From positions 92,690,001 through 92,754,000 of the forward strand of contig NC_043003.1 of the NCBI RefSeq assembly GCF_006345805.1: a DNA stretch of 64,000 bases. The letters are read 5' to 3'. This document shows positions 1 to 12,501 of the stretch, in pieces (positions within the stretch are counted from its first letter, which is position 1; each line of letters starts with the position of its first letter). The notes below the pieces were generated by a model. It was given only the letters and a program-made list of their open reading frames with translations. It had not been told where the DNA came from and did no database searches. The position numbers were made by a program, and so were the translations under genes. This DNA comes from Octopus sinensis. Taxonomy: Eukaryota.

Positions 1-494
1 AAAAAGATGTAATTAATTAGTGCAATGAAATATTTTATTGTCATTTTTGTCATGTTTTTTATGATTTCTAAGCCGTTTATTTCACATATAAATAGAATGA
101 TAATGTTTGGTGATGCAACAAGGCAAACAATAATATTGAAAAGTATGAAAAGCAAAGTTGACCGACAGAATTTGAACTTAGAACATAAGCAATGCTAATG
201 GTTCTGCTAGCTTGTTACCTTCATCAAAAGAATACTGCTAAGCATTTTGTTTGATGTTCTAGCCAAATTTTTTGTGGAAGAGACTGGCAGAATTGTTAGT
301 GTAACAGTCAAAATACCTTGTATTATTTGTTCTGGCTATGTATGTTCAGAGTTCAAAATTCCACTGGTGTCAATAAAATAAAGTGCCAGCCAAGTATGGA
401 TATCAATTTAATTGACGAGATCCTCTCCACATATTTATGAACTTGTGCAGCTGTTAAAAACTATTATTTTACATATTATATAGTGTGTTTGTGT

Positions 495-795
495 ATCGTG
501 GCACTCTGTTGGTTATGATGATGAGGGTTCCAGTTAATCCGATCAACGGAACAGCCTGCTCCTGAAATTAATGTGCAAGTGGCTGAAGCACTCCACAGAC
601 AAGTGTACCCTTAACATAGTTCTCAGGGAGATTCAGCATGACACAGAGTGTGAGAAAGTTGTGGTGAAAGAATACAGAGGGTTCAACCCCACTGCTGGGG
701 CCTCGTGGAGCTTTTAGGTGTTTTTGCTCAATAAACACTCACAACGCCCGGTCTGGGAATTGAAACTGCAATCTTTCAATCACGAGTCCATTGCA
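495..795 (-). mobile_element. tRNA-derived SINE, family C
   Basis: B-box-like GGTCTGGGAATTGAAAC on the reverse strand; body CAACGGAACAGCCTGCTC...GTGCAAGTGGCTG also seen near 56370-56450. Confidence 0.6.
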
Positions 796-921
796 CCTCC
801 ACAGATATATATATTGTCATAACTAATAAAGATTTTGTTGCTTAATCATATGTCAAAATAAGAATATTATGATATGACATGCTAAATTTACTTATGTACT
901 CTTTTGTTTTTCTATTTCCAG

Positions 922-1812
922 CTGCTTCTATGTCGGCCTACATTGGTGAGTTTCATATCTGGCTACAAAGTTGACACAAATATAGAATTTAAGAAATCCA
1001 AAGTTCCTTTAGCATTCCACACTGCTCAAGGATCCGGGCCTCCTCTTGTGTTAATGCTTGGCTGGATGTTTGCTCGCAGTCACCATCTGACGAAATACAG
1101 CAACATTTACTGCAGTAAAGGCTTTGATGTGTTAGAGATCAGTGTAAACCCTCTACAAGTTCTTGTACCTAGTCGAGCACAAGGTTTTGTTGAAAAGATT
1201 TTTGGTATTTTAGAAAAAGAAGACTATATAAATAAACCTATTATTGTGCATGGATTCTCAGTGGGTGGTTACATTTATGGGGAAATGCTTGTGAAAATGG
1301 ATAAAGAACCAAAGAAACTTGCAGCTCTCGGTAAACGTATTGTTGGTCAGGTTTTTGACAGTCCAGTAGATAAAGATCGAGTGGCATATGGTATGTCAGT
1401 AAATATTGGAAAAAATTATTTTTCTCAGAGACTAATCTTCCATCTATTAAACCAATACTTGAAAATCTTCAAAAAATCTGTGTCTGACCATTTTTCTAAA
1501 GCCAACCAGGCTTTCATACAAAATGCACGAAGGATTCCTACTCTCTTATTATATTCATATAAAGATTCTATTGCAAACCCTGAAGTGATTGAGAGTACTA
1601 TATCTTTGTGGGAAAATGACGGAATTCCTGTCCTTTACAAGTCTTGGAATGATACCAAACATGTTAGCCACTTGCAGAAATATCCTGAAGAATATATTGA
1701 GATTTTATTAACTTTCTTGGACCGTTTGCCTCTAATCTGTGATTCAAATGACAATTGTAAAACTGATGAGGCAGATGATATACCAGCTCGTTCGTCCACT
1801 TCATTACATTGA
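922..1812 (+). CDS. TMEM53-like / DUF829 alpha/beta-hydrolase-fold protein, large terminal coding exon (earlier exon(s) not identified, probably upstream of the window)
   Basis: Long ORF after a pyrimidine-rich acceptor (cttttgtttttctatttccag, AG at 920-921, phase 0). Motifs LVLMLGWM, TKYSNIY, IIVHGFSVGG (G-x-S-x-G elbow), GQVFDSP, PTLLLYSYKD and WNDTKHVSHLQKYPEEY follow the DUF829/TMEM53 family pattern. Stop TGA at 1810-1812. Confidence 0.85.
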   Translation: MLLCRPTLVSFISGYKVDTNIEFKKSKVPLAFHTAQGSGPPLVLMLGWMFARSHHLTKYSNIYCSKGFDVLEISVNPLQVLVPSRAQGFVEKIFGILEKEDYINKPIIVHGFSVGGYIYGEMLVKMDKEPKKLAALGKRIVGQVFDSPVDKDRVAYGMSVNIGKNYFSQRLIFHLLNQYLKIFKKSVSDHFSKANQAFIQNARRIPTLLLYSYKDSIANPEVIESTISLWENDGIPVLYKSWNDTKHVSHLQKYPEEYIEILLTFLDRLPLICDSNDNCKTDEADDIPARSSTSLH

Positions 1813-4589
1813 TATTATTCTCCTTAGATTATTCAACAACCACTTCAAGATATTCTTTACAAAATATCACTTATTTACAAAGTACTTTATTCTGTTGATA
1901 TGACATTGATTTTACAAAGTATTAGTACTACAGATATATCAGTCTTTACAAAATACTTATTTTACACTTTTTTTTTCTACTGGTATCACATAGTACTTTA
2001 CAAAGTATGTTTGTTCTTCAGATGTATTATTATCTCTATGAAATATTCATTTGACAGCTATCTCACTTGTCTACTGCAAGCAGTTTCTAAATCATGGCCC
2101 AATTAGTATTATTATATTAATAATATTCCTTTTGAAACACAAAGATATCAATTGGACACCAAATGGCAATGGATGGCAGAAACATAGAATGATAGATTAA
2201 ATGCCTTATAATATTTAGTTACATCTCTTTACATTCTGAGTTCAAGTCTTGCCAAGTTGAACTTTTATTTTTCACTCTTAAAATAAGTACCACTTACATA
2301 CTAAGGCCAAAATTGATCAAATGAATACCCTCTCAAAACATTTCTGGCTTTTGTACCATTTTTAGAAATTACTGTTTTTATTATTATTATTGTAATGACA
2401 AGAATTTTTGGAGCATCAAACATTATGCATTGTGGTATTTAGTCACAGCTCTTTCCATTCTGAGTTTAAATTCCACCAAGGATGATTTTATCTTTTGTCC
2501 TTCCTGGTCAACAAAATAAAGTACCAGTCAAGTACTGGGGTAGATTTAATTGACTAACCCTTTTCCCTAAAATTTCTGGCCTTGTGCCTATGTTAGAAAC
2601 AATTATCATTATTATTATTATATGATTATTATTATTAATATTGTTATAATCATTTTTATTATTGTTATTGTTATAAACATTTCAGCTTTTGGCAAACACT
2701 TGTCACAGTGTTTCCTCCACTTGTGTCCTTAAATCTGGAGTAGTGTGCTAAGCACTGAAGCCCCTAAACTTGAAAAAAAGACCACTGGTGGTGTCCAAAT
2801 GTTGGATGGTTATGGTCTTCAACAGTCTCTATATATGATACAGTGTGTGCTTGATTCAGGCCCCAAAAAGACAATTCATTCTCCTTTTAGCTTCTCATAC
2901 ATAACTATCATTGTTTACATATATAGTACTGGCTTGGAAACATTACTGTGTCACTAAACTGTCTAACTATGCACTACTATTATCTCACTGTCTCCTTGTA
3001 TATTACTGCTGCCCTAGTCTTCTTAAACCTTACTGTTTCAGTCCCTGTATATAATATTACCACACTGTTTCCGCCTTTGTGCACTGTCTCATTGTCATTT
3101 TATACACTCTACAGCATCACTTTTCTTCTAGACATCACTCTTTTCTATTTTCCTACATTAGTATTTACCTTACATGTATCTGTTACGATACTCCAGCTAT
3201 TTTATTCAACATAAAAAAGAACCCTGTTTGGGTATCAACTGTTTTGTTGAAATTATTACAGTTTATCAAAGAGCTCTTAGGCACAGTGTCCAAATTCAAA
3301 AGAAAACATGTTTATAGGAGAGAGTTGAAAATAGCTGAAATAATAATCACATGAGATAAGACTGTAATAGTTTTTAATATTTCTTGTATCCTACCTCATC
3401 CTAACCATTCAGTAATGAAGTAGGTTATTGTTGTTTAGACCCTAGTCAGACCTAGATTCAAAGATGTTCCAGCCATGACTGTCTCATTTTTGGGGTTTTA
3501 TTTATTTCATTATCTATATATTTTTTTTTTTGCAGACTCATCCTTTCTTTAAAATGGCAATATGTGATATAAGAGATATTTGGTTGCTGTGACAACCAGA
3601 CTGAATGACTGTGTAAAGGCTCTCCTGTTGGCTGTTTTGTCAGTCAAGGGGAGTTTTGGCAACCTTGTGTGACAAGGTACTGATTGTAGTTGTTATTATG
3701 AAGGACTGGCAGAACTGGTAGAGCAATGAACTTAAAGCATTGTGCTATTTAATGTCCATTTACATTGTTTTTAAATATCCTGCCAGGTTTAACTTTGCCT
3801 TTCATTCTTTGTGATTAGGAGAACAGGTACTAGTCAAATATTGTGAGAGTTGATCTAGTTGACTATATTCTGCTTTCAACAATGTGGCCTGGTGCCTAAA
3901 TTAGGAAAAAAAAATATTTGTGCAGTAGCATTTTAATAAAACTGATTAGTAGCAGTAATAGCAGTTAGTAGCAACAGTAGGGCTTGAAATCATAACCATG
4001 TGTTCTCTACTCCAGCATAAATAGATAGGACTGTTTTGAATTAGAACCCAGTCATAGATTCTATTAGAATGGCTTATTTTCATGCTGTATGTTTTGATCA
4101 CCTGATGGAAACATTAAGGACAAATGCTGCACCAGATTCCAGACTTTCAAGATAAAGTTTACATCAATGCATCTACTCTTGATCTTTGTTATTTTATTTA
4201 TTAATTTAACCCTTTTGCTACCATATTTCTATTGAAATACACTGCCTTTGTTTCAGTCGTGAAAATAATAAAGAATTTGGTAAACTAACTTAATATTAAA
4301 GTAGTATTTGGAACATTAAATGAATTAACATGAAAATTTGATGTAAGCTTTTAATTTATAATCATTTGGAAACAGGCAGTGTATATCAGAGAACCAATAA
4401 TAGTCTCGGCTGGGTTGGTAGCAAAAGGGTTAAAAACAGAAAAAAGATTGTCTTTCTTTTTTTCTGCATCAGTTTCTGTTGTGTTTTTGAGTTTGTTGGA
4501 TTCAGTTTTAATTTCTATCTATAATAATCTCAGATGCATTTCTAAACTATCACTCTTTAAAATGACATCATCCATTTTTCCATGCTCAT

Positions 4590-4780
4590 ATAGGTCAGAG
4601 AGAATTTTGTTGAGGCAGATTTTCTATGGCCAGATGCCCTTCCTGTCACCAACCCTTTGCAAGTAAGGTAATATTTCTCCTGAACCAGACATGTTTTCAC
4701 AGAAGACTGAGAATGAAGGACACTGATTGTAAGATGGTGACATTCATTTGTAACCATCATCTGAAGTCAAGGCAAGGAAA
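4590..4780 (-). mobile_element. Older RTE-tail-related repeat
   Basis: GGCAGATTTTCTATGGCCAGATGCCCTTCCTGTCACCAACC; related fragments near 7650-7760 and 54905-55030. Confidence 0.6.
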
Positions 4781-5466
4781 CAGTAACATACATGCATCCA
4801 TATATCTGCTTTATAAATGAGTGTATGTATGTGAATATGTCACAGAAAGGCTCCGAAATAGTGTGTATTCAAGAAAAACGGATTTAAGTTTTGAAATCTG
4901 TCTTAACAAGGTTTCCAATTGTAATTAATAAAAAAAAGTTAATTTGCTATGAGAAATAGCTCAACTTTTAGATCGACAAATCTACCACCCTTTGTATTAG
5001 GCTCTCTCTTATGCCTTTTCCCTCTCATATATTTACCAAACTCTTTATCTCTCTCTGTATATGTATATCTCTCATGCATACTCCCCCCACCACTCACTTG
5101 TGATAGGACATATGATTGCTTTCATTTTGTTTAAAACTTCATAGTTGTAACGTTTACTTCCATTTTATGATAGCCAGCAATCACAGAAAATGCTGGCTTC
5201 CAAATCCTGTTTTTCTGATCGAGTAAAAATTATCAAACTTTTAACCTCTGTAACATTTTTCTAAAAATTTTTCTGGAATAAATGAATCACAAAATCGGAT
5301 TCAGCATGAAAAAGTACATCAATATACAAAATTTTAAAATTTTAAAATCTGTGACAGCAACAGAAAAGATGTTCCTCTCTCTCTCCCTATTTGTCTATCT
5401 CTTTCATTTACACTTTTCTCATTGTAAACTTCCCCCTCTATATTTATATTTATTACATTCTCTCTC

Positions 5467-5693
5467 ATGTGTGTGTCTGTGTCTGTGTGTGTATGTATGT
5501 ATGTATGTGTATGTATGTATATGTATATATATGTGTATGTATGTATGTGTATGTATGTCTATATGTATGTATATATATATGTATGTGTATGTATGTATAT
5601 GTATATATATGTGTATATGTAAATATGTATATATGCATATATGTAAATATGTATGTATATATGTGTATATTTATATATGTATATATATATATA
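5467..5693. repeat. Compound (GT)/(GTAT)/(AT) microsatellite
   Basis: Directly visible; source of the spurious ORFs 5282-5734 and 5391-5696. Confidence 0.95.
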
Positions 5694-6014
5694 TAAAAAT
5701 TAGGAAAAAAACACCTTTTATCAATTCAAAATGAACAATTAAATTACTCCATCTAGAAAATTACATATAATAGAAATATTAAAATAACAATAATGTACCA
5801 ATGATTAAGTAAATTGCAAAATAATAATAAAACATATATATTTGGTAGCATAACGACACGTGTTTCGTGGCTATTGAGATAGAGAGAGATCGCTCATGAT
5901 GAATGTGTGTGTAAGGGGTTTCATTAGGGCGACAGTCAAAAGACTCACAAACCAGCAGCAGCTAAGAAAAGTTTTTTCATCTATGCACCAAATGGAACAA
6001 CAAAAATTAATTTA

Positions 6015-6079
6015 TCAATACATTATAAATTGCCCCAAATAATCCAGAAATCTGTCCTGATTAAGAGGCTTATCATGGT
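6015..6079 (-). CDS. Candidate terminal exon of the unidentified gene
   Basis: Long pyrimidine tract tttttactttttggctccatgtcag, then (D)HDKPLNQDRFLDYLGQFIMY*. Phase 1 is compatible with the 12502 exon. Confidence 0.3.
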
Positions 6080-6358
6080 CTGACATGGAGCCAAAAAGTA
6101 AAAATTGAAATAAAGGCATTCTATTGTAAAATTTGCCAGGTAACAATGGAATACTCAGCTCATATATATATATATATAATCAAAATAAGCAAAAAGCATA
6201 TCCAAGGTAGAGTAGTACAGTTGTTTCATGCTACTTCATTTTATTAAACACTATTACATCAGTTTTAAAATGTCGAGCAATCTTCAGCCACATATAAAAT
6301 TTTCCACCCCATTTCATTTATATGGATAATACCATACAAAATTCTGGTGCCTTTAAAT

Positions 6359-6600
6359 GCCTTGTGAGTGGATTTGGCAGACGGAAACTGAAAGAAGCCT
6401 GTCGTATATACGTATATATATATATGTATGTGTTTGTCCCCCTAGCATTGCTTAACAATCGATGCTGGTGTGTTTACGTCCCCCGTCACTTAGCGGTTCG
6501 GCAAAAGAGACCGATAGAATAAGTACTGGGCTTACAAAGAATAAGTCCTGGGGTCGATTTGACCGCACTCAAATGACTGAAACAAGTAAAAGAGTAAGAG
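6359..6600 (+). mobile_element. tRNA-derived SINE, family B, 5'-truncated
   Basis: GCCTTGTGAGTGGATTTGGCAGACGGAAACTGAAAGAAGCC...CAAATGACTGAAACAAGTAAAAGAG. Confidence 0.8.
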
Positions 6601-8872
6601 TATTTAATGGAAAAAAACACTGAGTTGGCAAACCCTCAGAATATTTGCTAGAAGACTTGATGATTTATAGCCAGCTACTACTGCTACTGCTAGTCAGTGC
6701 CCTTGGCAGAACTCTTATAGTATACTGGCTCGATATACTATAAAGTTTACTTTATTCTGTAGGTTGATGTTAAACCCGAGGTCAACTTTGACAGAGAAGA
6801 TCTATGATCATCACAACCTTATCTTTGACTTTGCATCTAAAGAATTACATTATCCAATACACTTATCCTTTTTCAAGAATAGCATGCAATTTGGAGAACA
6901 ATTGGCTTCTATTTCTAGCACCCCAAGTGACCATACAGAAGATCCACTCATTAGCTTGATTATAAGTAGGTATGATGAAAATATGCATGGTAAATAAGTT
7001 TTGTGATTAACATGCAATAAGTTCAAAATAGGACTTTGACCATGATGTTCATATTATCTCAACCAGTTTGGTAACTACCACAAAGCTAAACTAACTTCTA
7101 TTGTTGCTTATCCACTGATTGGTCCTGGCTGAGAACTACAGTCAAAAGCATTCCAGTCGTCACTATTCTGTCTTTTATGTGTTTCTTTTTTTTTTCTCAT
7201 CTAGTGGACTCTATTTTCCAAGGTGTCCTCTCTTAGACAGAAATTGGCTTTTCTCCTAGGCAAAAGAATTGTGAAGCTTCAGCTAAATTATTAACATTCC
7301 TAATCTAATATTATGTCTTTGTGAAATTGGAAGAATAGCTCAAAGTCTCACCATATTTAAATTTTCCCCTCATCATTCTTTTCACTCCACTCCTAAATTT
7401 GTTGCTTGTGCCTACAAAAGAAATCAGTTTTATTCCTTACTTGGACCACCAACTGTACAGATTTATTTATCTCTAAATATCTAAACTAACTTTGTTATTT
7501 TCATCAAGTAACTGTGATCAGAAACTGGTAGTAAAATTCCTATCAATATATCCTTTATATGGATTTAATTTGTTTTTCTTTGTTTTCTTTACTCTGTATT
7601 TAGGATTAGGATTATCATTTACACCCTTGTTTTTTGCATCCGCTTTTCCATGATTACATGGGTCAGATGGAATTCATTGAGGCAGATTCTCTACAGCTCA
7701 ACGGCCTTCCTGTCACCAATCTTCACCCATTTCGAAACAAGGTAATATTTCCCCATGATGGAACATAAATCCACCTGCAAGGCCCAAAGCTTTAGTAGAA
7801 GACACTTGCCCAATGTACTATGCATGACTTGCAAATTGGGTTAGGTGCTTAGTTGTGTGTATTCACATTATGCTTCCAGAACCTCAGTTTCATTGTGATG
7901 GGTGGGTCAGGCACAGCATATCACCAGACATTTTGATAATTTATCATCTCCATGCGACTGAAAATCTTGTGATCAATTTTCACCACTTCATCACGTTTTT
8001 CTGGGTCTCCCTCTTCCGTGAAATCCATCCATTTTAAGCAATCAGCACTTCTATACATAGCTATTCTCATCCATACCCATCACATATCTCTTATGCCCAC
8101 TTTTTCTCTCAGAATATTTATATGTTATGCATAGTGTTGTTGCACATCCAGCTGAACATATTAGCTTCATTTCTCTTTAGTTTTGTAAATCCTCTACATT
8201 CCAGGCTCACGTTTCACTACCATTAGCATTGTCATTCATAAACAAGCATCATACACTTTGTCTTTCATTCTGAGAGAGAAATCTTTTCTTACTAACAGAT
8301 AATTACTCTCTGAACTGCAACGCTTCAACTAAATTATTAATATTCCTCCTCTAATATTATTTCTTTCTATGTAAGATTAGAAGAATTGCTCAAAATCTCA
8401 CCAAATTCAAGTTTCCCCATCATTCTCTTCACTCTGCTCCCAAATTTGTGGCTCGTGTTTATAAAAGAAATCAATATTATTCCTCACTCGAACCAGTAAC
8501 TATGTATCCATAGTTTACATTAGTACATATTATGGTATTTCTAGTAGGTTGTCTGGAAAGTTTTGAGCATTATTATGCTAAATCTTTTAACACTTCATTG
8601 AACACACCTGAAATGTAACACAGTTAAAACTTTGGCTTTGCTTGAAGTGGTAATGTATCTCATCTTCGTTCTAGACTAAAAATAGATTTAACTTTCATTC
8701 CAGTTACCCTTTATTGACATTTGAAGTGGATAATCATAAATTTCATATTTGCATTGCAATGCTTTCCTTTTTTAAAAAAATGGAAAAAATGGAAAAACTT
8801 GCAAAAGCATTTGTGAAGCTGTATGTGTAAGTCAATATATATATATATGTAGGTGCATACACATATATATGT

Positions 8873-9035
8873 AGGTGCAGGAGTGGATGTGTGGTAAGAA
8901 GCTTGCTTCCCAACCACATGGTTTGGGGTTCAGTCCCATTGCGTGGCACCTTGGGTAAATGTCTTCTACTACACCATTGGGCCGACCAAATCCTTGCGAG
9001 TAGATTTGGTAGCTGGAATCTGAAAGAAGCCTGTC
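8873..9035 (+). mobile_element. tRNA-derived SINE, family B, head half
   Basis: GGTGCAGGAGTGGATGTGTGGTAAGAAGCTTGC...GGTTCAGTCCCATTGCG. Further heads near 25490-25595, 27535-27640, 46505-46650, 56698-56855, 58860-59020 and 61915-62085. Confidence 0.78.
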
Positions 9036-9539
9036 ATTTATGTAAAATAAAAATACATGTATCAAATATTAATGGAAATAAGAAATAAAGATACCTTTGG
9101 AAATGGGTTTATAAAATATTTCTAAAGTACATCAAAGATACTGATCTAGGTAGAATAATAACAGATCTTAGTGGGTGTACCTTATACTTAGGGGAGGTGC
9201 AAGATTTAGTAATCCATTGTAAAATTTATATGTTATACTGACTGAAGGAAGAGAATTCAAATACTGAAGGGGTAAACATATAATATTATTTCTGAAAGTT
9301 CATTGATCAAAGGGGTTAAGAGTTATTAGAAAGCAATACTAAATAGATTTTGAGATAATAGAGGGTAGGCTATGAATGATATAACAGCCCAGATAACTCA
9401 TACTACCAAATTATAGTATGGTATACTTATTATTACCTGTTTCTAAAGTATTTAAAGGTACGGGTAACCTTATAAATACATGACGCTCTAATTTATTATT
9501 AATTAAGTTTTATTTATCCCTATATTTAAATATTTCATA

Positions 9540-10240
9540 TATCTCCATGGTTTACATCCACACTGGCTATTTTTGTATGGCTGAGCTCTACAGACTATAT
9601 TCCATTTTAGGCTGAATTCAATATTACTACCTTTGAGTTTACAGATTTTCATAGATAATGAGGTACCGCTGGCTTTATACCTAAGTCTAAAGGACTGTAT
9701 CTGTGAAATTATCATATAGCTGCTGCCCAGTATGAAGAGTATCATTACACTTGGTCAATACCAAGAGCCTGAATCCAGTTGCAATTGTCATGACCCAGGA
9801 TCCTGTCCACTTGATCAATGATGTATGAGTAAATCTATCATATATGAGGCAGTAGTTACTGCAACCGTAAATAATAGACCTATATTGGAATATGCGAAGG
9901 AGAATTTAAAAATCACTATGCCAATCGCATAGTCTCCTTCCGACATAGGGACAAAAGTAAAGCTTCTTAGTTGGCTTGCTACATATAGACTGTGAAAGAT
10001 AATGAAACAACATATGTAATTAAATGGGAAGTAATTGAGAAAACCACACCTTATGTGACTGGATTGAATAAATGTAGACTTTGTTTGGCTGAAAGAGCAC
10101 AGATCCTGTTCAGATCTAAGATTCCTAAATCTCTATTGAACTCCAGGTCAGAAATTTTCAGCGGTTGCATGCATATGTATAAATATATTTTGAAGAATTG
10201 GAAAATTCTGCCTATTCCTGACTAACTTGATATCTTTCCA
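9540..10240 (+). mobile_element. Penelope-like element, degraded GIY-YIG endonuclease region
   Basis: Frameshifted motifs VKLSYSCCPSMKSII, CNCHDPGSCPLDQ*CMSKSIIYEAVVT, YVIKWEVIEKTTPY, KCRLCLAER..IL and LLNSRSEIFSGCMH follow the PLE C-terminal pattern. Confidence 0.85.
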
Positions 10241-10562
10241 GCTTATCATTTAAGATATAAGGAGGATAACTCTTTTACTTTTTATTTTTTACATTTTAAT
10301 TTCAGTTTTTCATTTTCTGTTGTTTACTGTCTGCATTTTCGATATGCTGCAGTCTCAGTTTTCTCACGTTTCTTCTATAATTCTATTTCTTTAGTTCGTC
10401 AACATATGAGACTATTAGTAGTGCTTTGATACATGTATTGTAACCTTTAGAATTAATAATAATAATATATATATATATAGATATATATATATGTATAATA
10501 ATATATATAGATGTATGTCAGCATCATCATTTAATGTCTGCTTTCCATGCTGGTATGGATTA

Positions 10563-10594
<32 letters not shown>

Positions 10595-10601
<7 letters not shown>

Positions 10602-10727
10602 AATATAATATGTGACAATTATTCGGTTGCCATAATAAAACTCCAAGTTTTGGATGTCGGGGTGGAAACCTGCACTTGGAGTTTTATTATCACAACTGAA
10701 TAATTGTCACATATTATATTACAAATA
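10595..10727. repeat. 54-bp-arm inverted repeat (hairpin) downstream of the Penelope fragment, probably an inverted pseudo-LTR piece
   Basis: 10595-10648 pairs with 10674-10727 (3 mismatches), 25-nt loop. Confidence 0.85.
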
Positions 10728-10814
10728 AATTCCTCTATTTACATAATATCGAGGTCGCTTTCATTATTTTGTTGTCTTACCATTACTATTACTATATATA
10801 TATATACACATATT

Positions 10815-11103
10815 CAAGCAAGGTTGTTGCCAGTGCCACTGGACTGGCTCCTGTGCAGGTGGCACATAAAAAGCACCATTTGAGCATGGCCGCTGCCAGT
10901 ACTGCCTGACTGGCCCTCATGCCAGTGGCACGTAAAAGCACCCACTACACTCTGAGAGTGGTTGGCATTAGGGAGGGCATCCAGCTGTAGAAACTCTGCC
11001 AGATCAGATTGGAGTCTGGTGCAGCCATCTGGTTCACCAGACCTCAGTCAAATCGTCCAACCCATGCTAGCATGGAAAGCGGATGTTAAACGATGATGAC
11101 GAT
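10815..11103 (+). mobile_element. RTE-tailed SINE-like element
   Basis: GGTGGCACATAAAAAGCACC modules and the CATGCTAGCATGGAAAGCGGATG (GAT)n tail. Confidence 0.75.
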
Positions 11104-11129
11104 ATATATAATGGTTTGAAATACTAACT

Positions 11130-12110
11130 TCAGAAAACCTGCCAGTCACCTAGTCACCTACTGTTCTGGCAGACACACTAGCCAAATTGACTACGTCCTC
11201 ACCAGAAAAAGGGAAAGATGGCTGCTTATAAATGCCAAAACCATCCCAGGTGAAGAATGTACCCCACAAATACCTCAAGTCTTTGGTCCTCACAAAACAC
11301 TGGCAAATTTTTTTCTTAATTGCTTCCCCTCTGGCTAAATAAACCTGTCTCCTAGTTTCCCTTCTGGCAGTCTGATACAATTCCCTGCTACCACCATTCT
11401 TCCAGTCCCTCCATGCCTGTTTCTTTTTCCTAATGGCCCTGTCAACTACATTGTTCCACCACCATGTTACCTTGGGTTGAGATGGGACTTTGCACCATCC
11501 ACAGATCTGGTTACTAGCCCTCAACAGATTGTCCTGTAGAAAACTCCAGATGTCATCCACATCATGTGATGCTACATCCTCCTCTATTTCGTAAAAAGCT
11601 TTGAGTGATATGTCTTTAAATCTCTGTCCATTGGCAGGATCTTTAAGCTTCCAGACCCTTCTTCTCCATCTAGCCCTGATCCTGAAGTTGCTAACTACTA
11701 ATCTATGTTGTGGGGTGCATTCTTCACTTAGGAAGGTTTTGGCATTTATAAGTAGCCATCTTTCCCATTTCCTGGTGAGGATGTAATCAATTTGGCTAGT
11801 GTGTTCACTAGATCGGTAGGTGAATAGGTGACTAGCAGGTCTCCTGAAGTTAGTATTACAAACCATAAGATCATTTGCATCGCAAAACTCCAGCAGCCTT
11901 GTTCCCTCTTCATTGCAGGAACCAAAACCATAGCCTCCATGTATGCCATGGAAGCCCCCTGCATGTTGTCCAACATGCCCATTGAAGTTGCCAGTCACAA
12001 AGGACCCTGTCATTCATTGACGAGGCAGTCTGCAAGAGGGTGTCATAAAATCAGTCTTTCTGTTCATCAGGTAGCCCTGGCTGAGGAGCATAGGCTGAGA
12101 TAATGGTTGC
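11130..12110 (-). mobile_element. RTE-clade LINE fragment (APE endonuclease and linker)
   Basis: GNFNGHVG, GYGFGSCNEEGTRLLEFC, NTNF, TYRS..HTSQIDYIL, QHRLVV and WWWNNVV..AIRKKKQAW are RTE/BovB-type ORF motifs. Confidence 0.92.
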
Positions 12111-12501
12111 TAACCCATGTTGTAGCACTAATCTAATCTTATGTATTCTATCACAGACTCTGACTACCTTGATTACCTTATCAACCCATTTCTCTGCAAG
12201 AAGTATACCCACACCCCCGACCCCATCAGTGTTCCCTACTCAGAAAATCTTATACCTATGTTCTTTGTCTATGAGGAACCTAGCAGAACTTCCTCTCTAT
12301 CTTACTTCTTGGATGCAGCTCAAATCTACACGTCTCCGTTCAAGCATCTCAACATCTCAACAATCTCACCAGACTTACCTGAGGGTGTGGGAGGTGTGGG
12401 CCCCGTAGGACACTGGGATGGGCTGCTGCAGTGTCAGATGTTAAAATGATGACGATGATGATTCAAGCTGATTGATCAGTCCACATTTATATTGAGCCTA
12501 C

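Noticed and set aside
7280-8500. ~190-bp direct repeat at ~7280-7455 and ~8325-8505 as an LTR pair
   Set aside because: Clearly diverged copies with no TG/CA ends, TSD, PBS or internal coding; more likely two old copies of a dispersed repeat.
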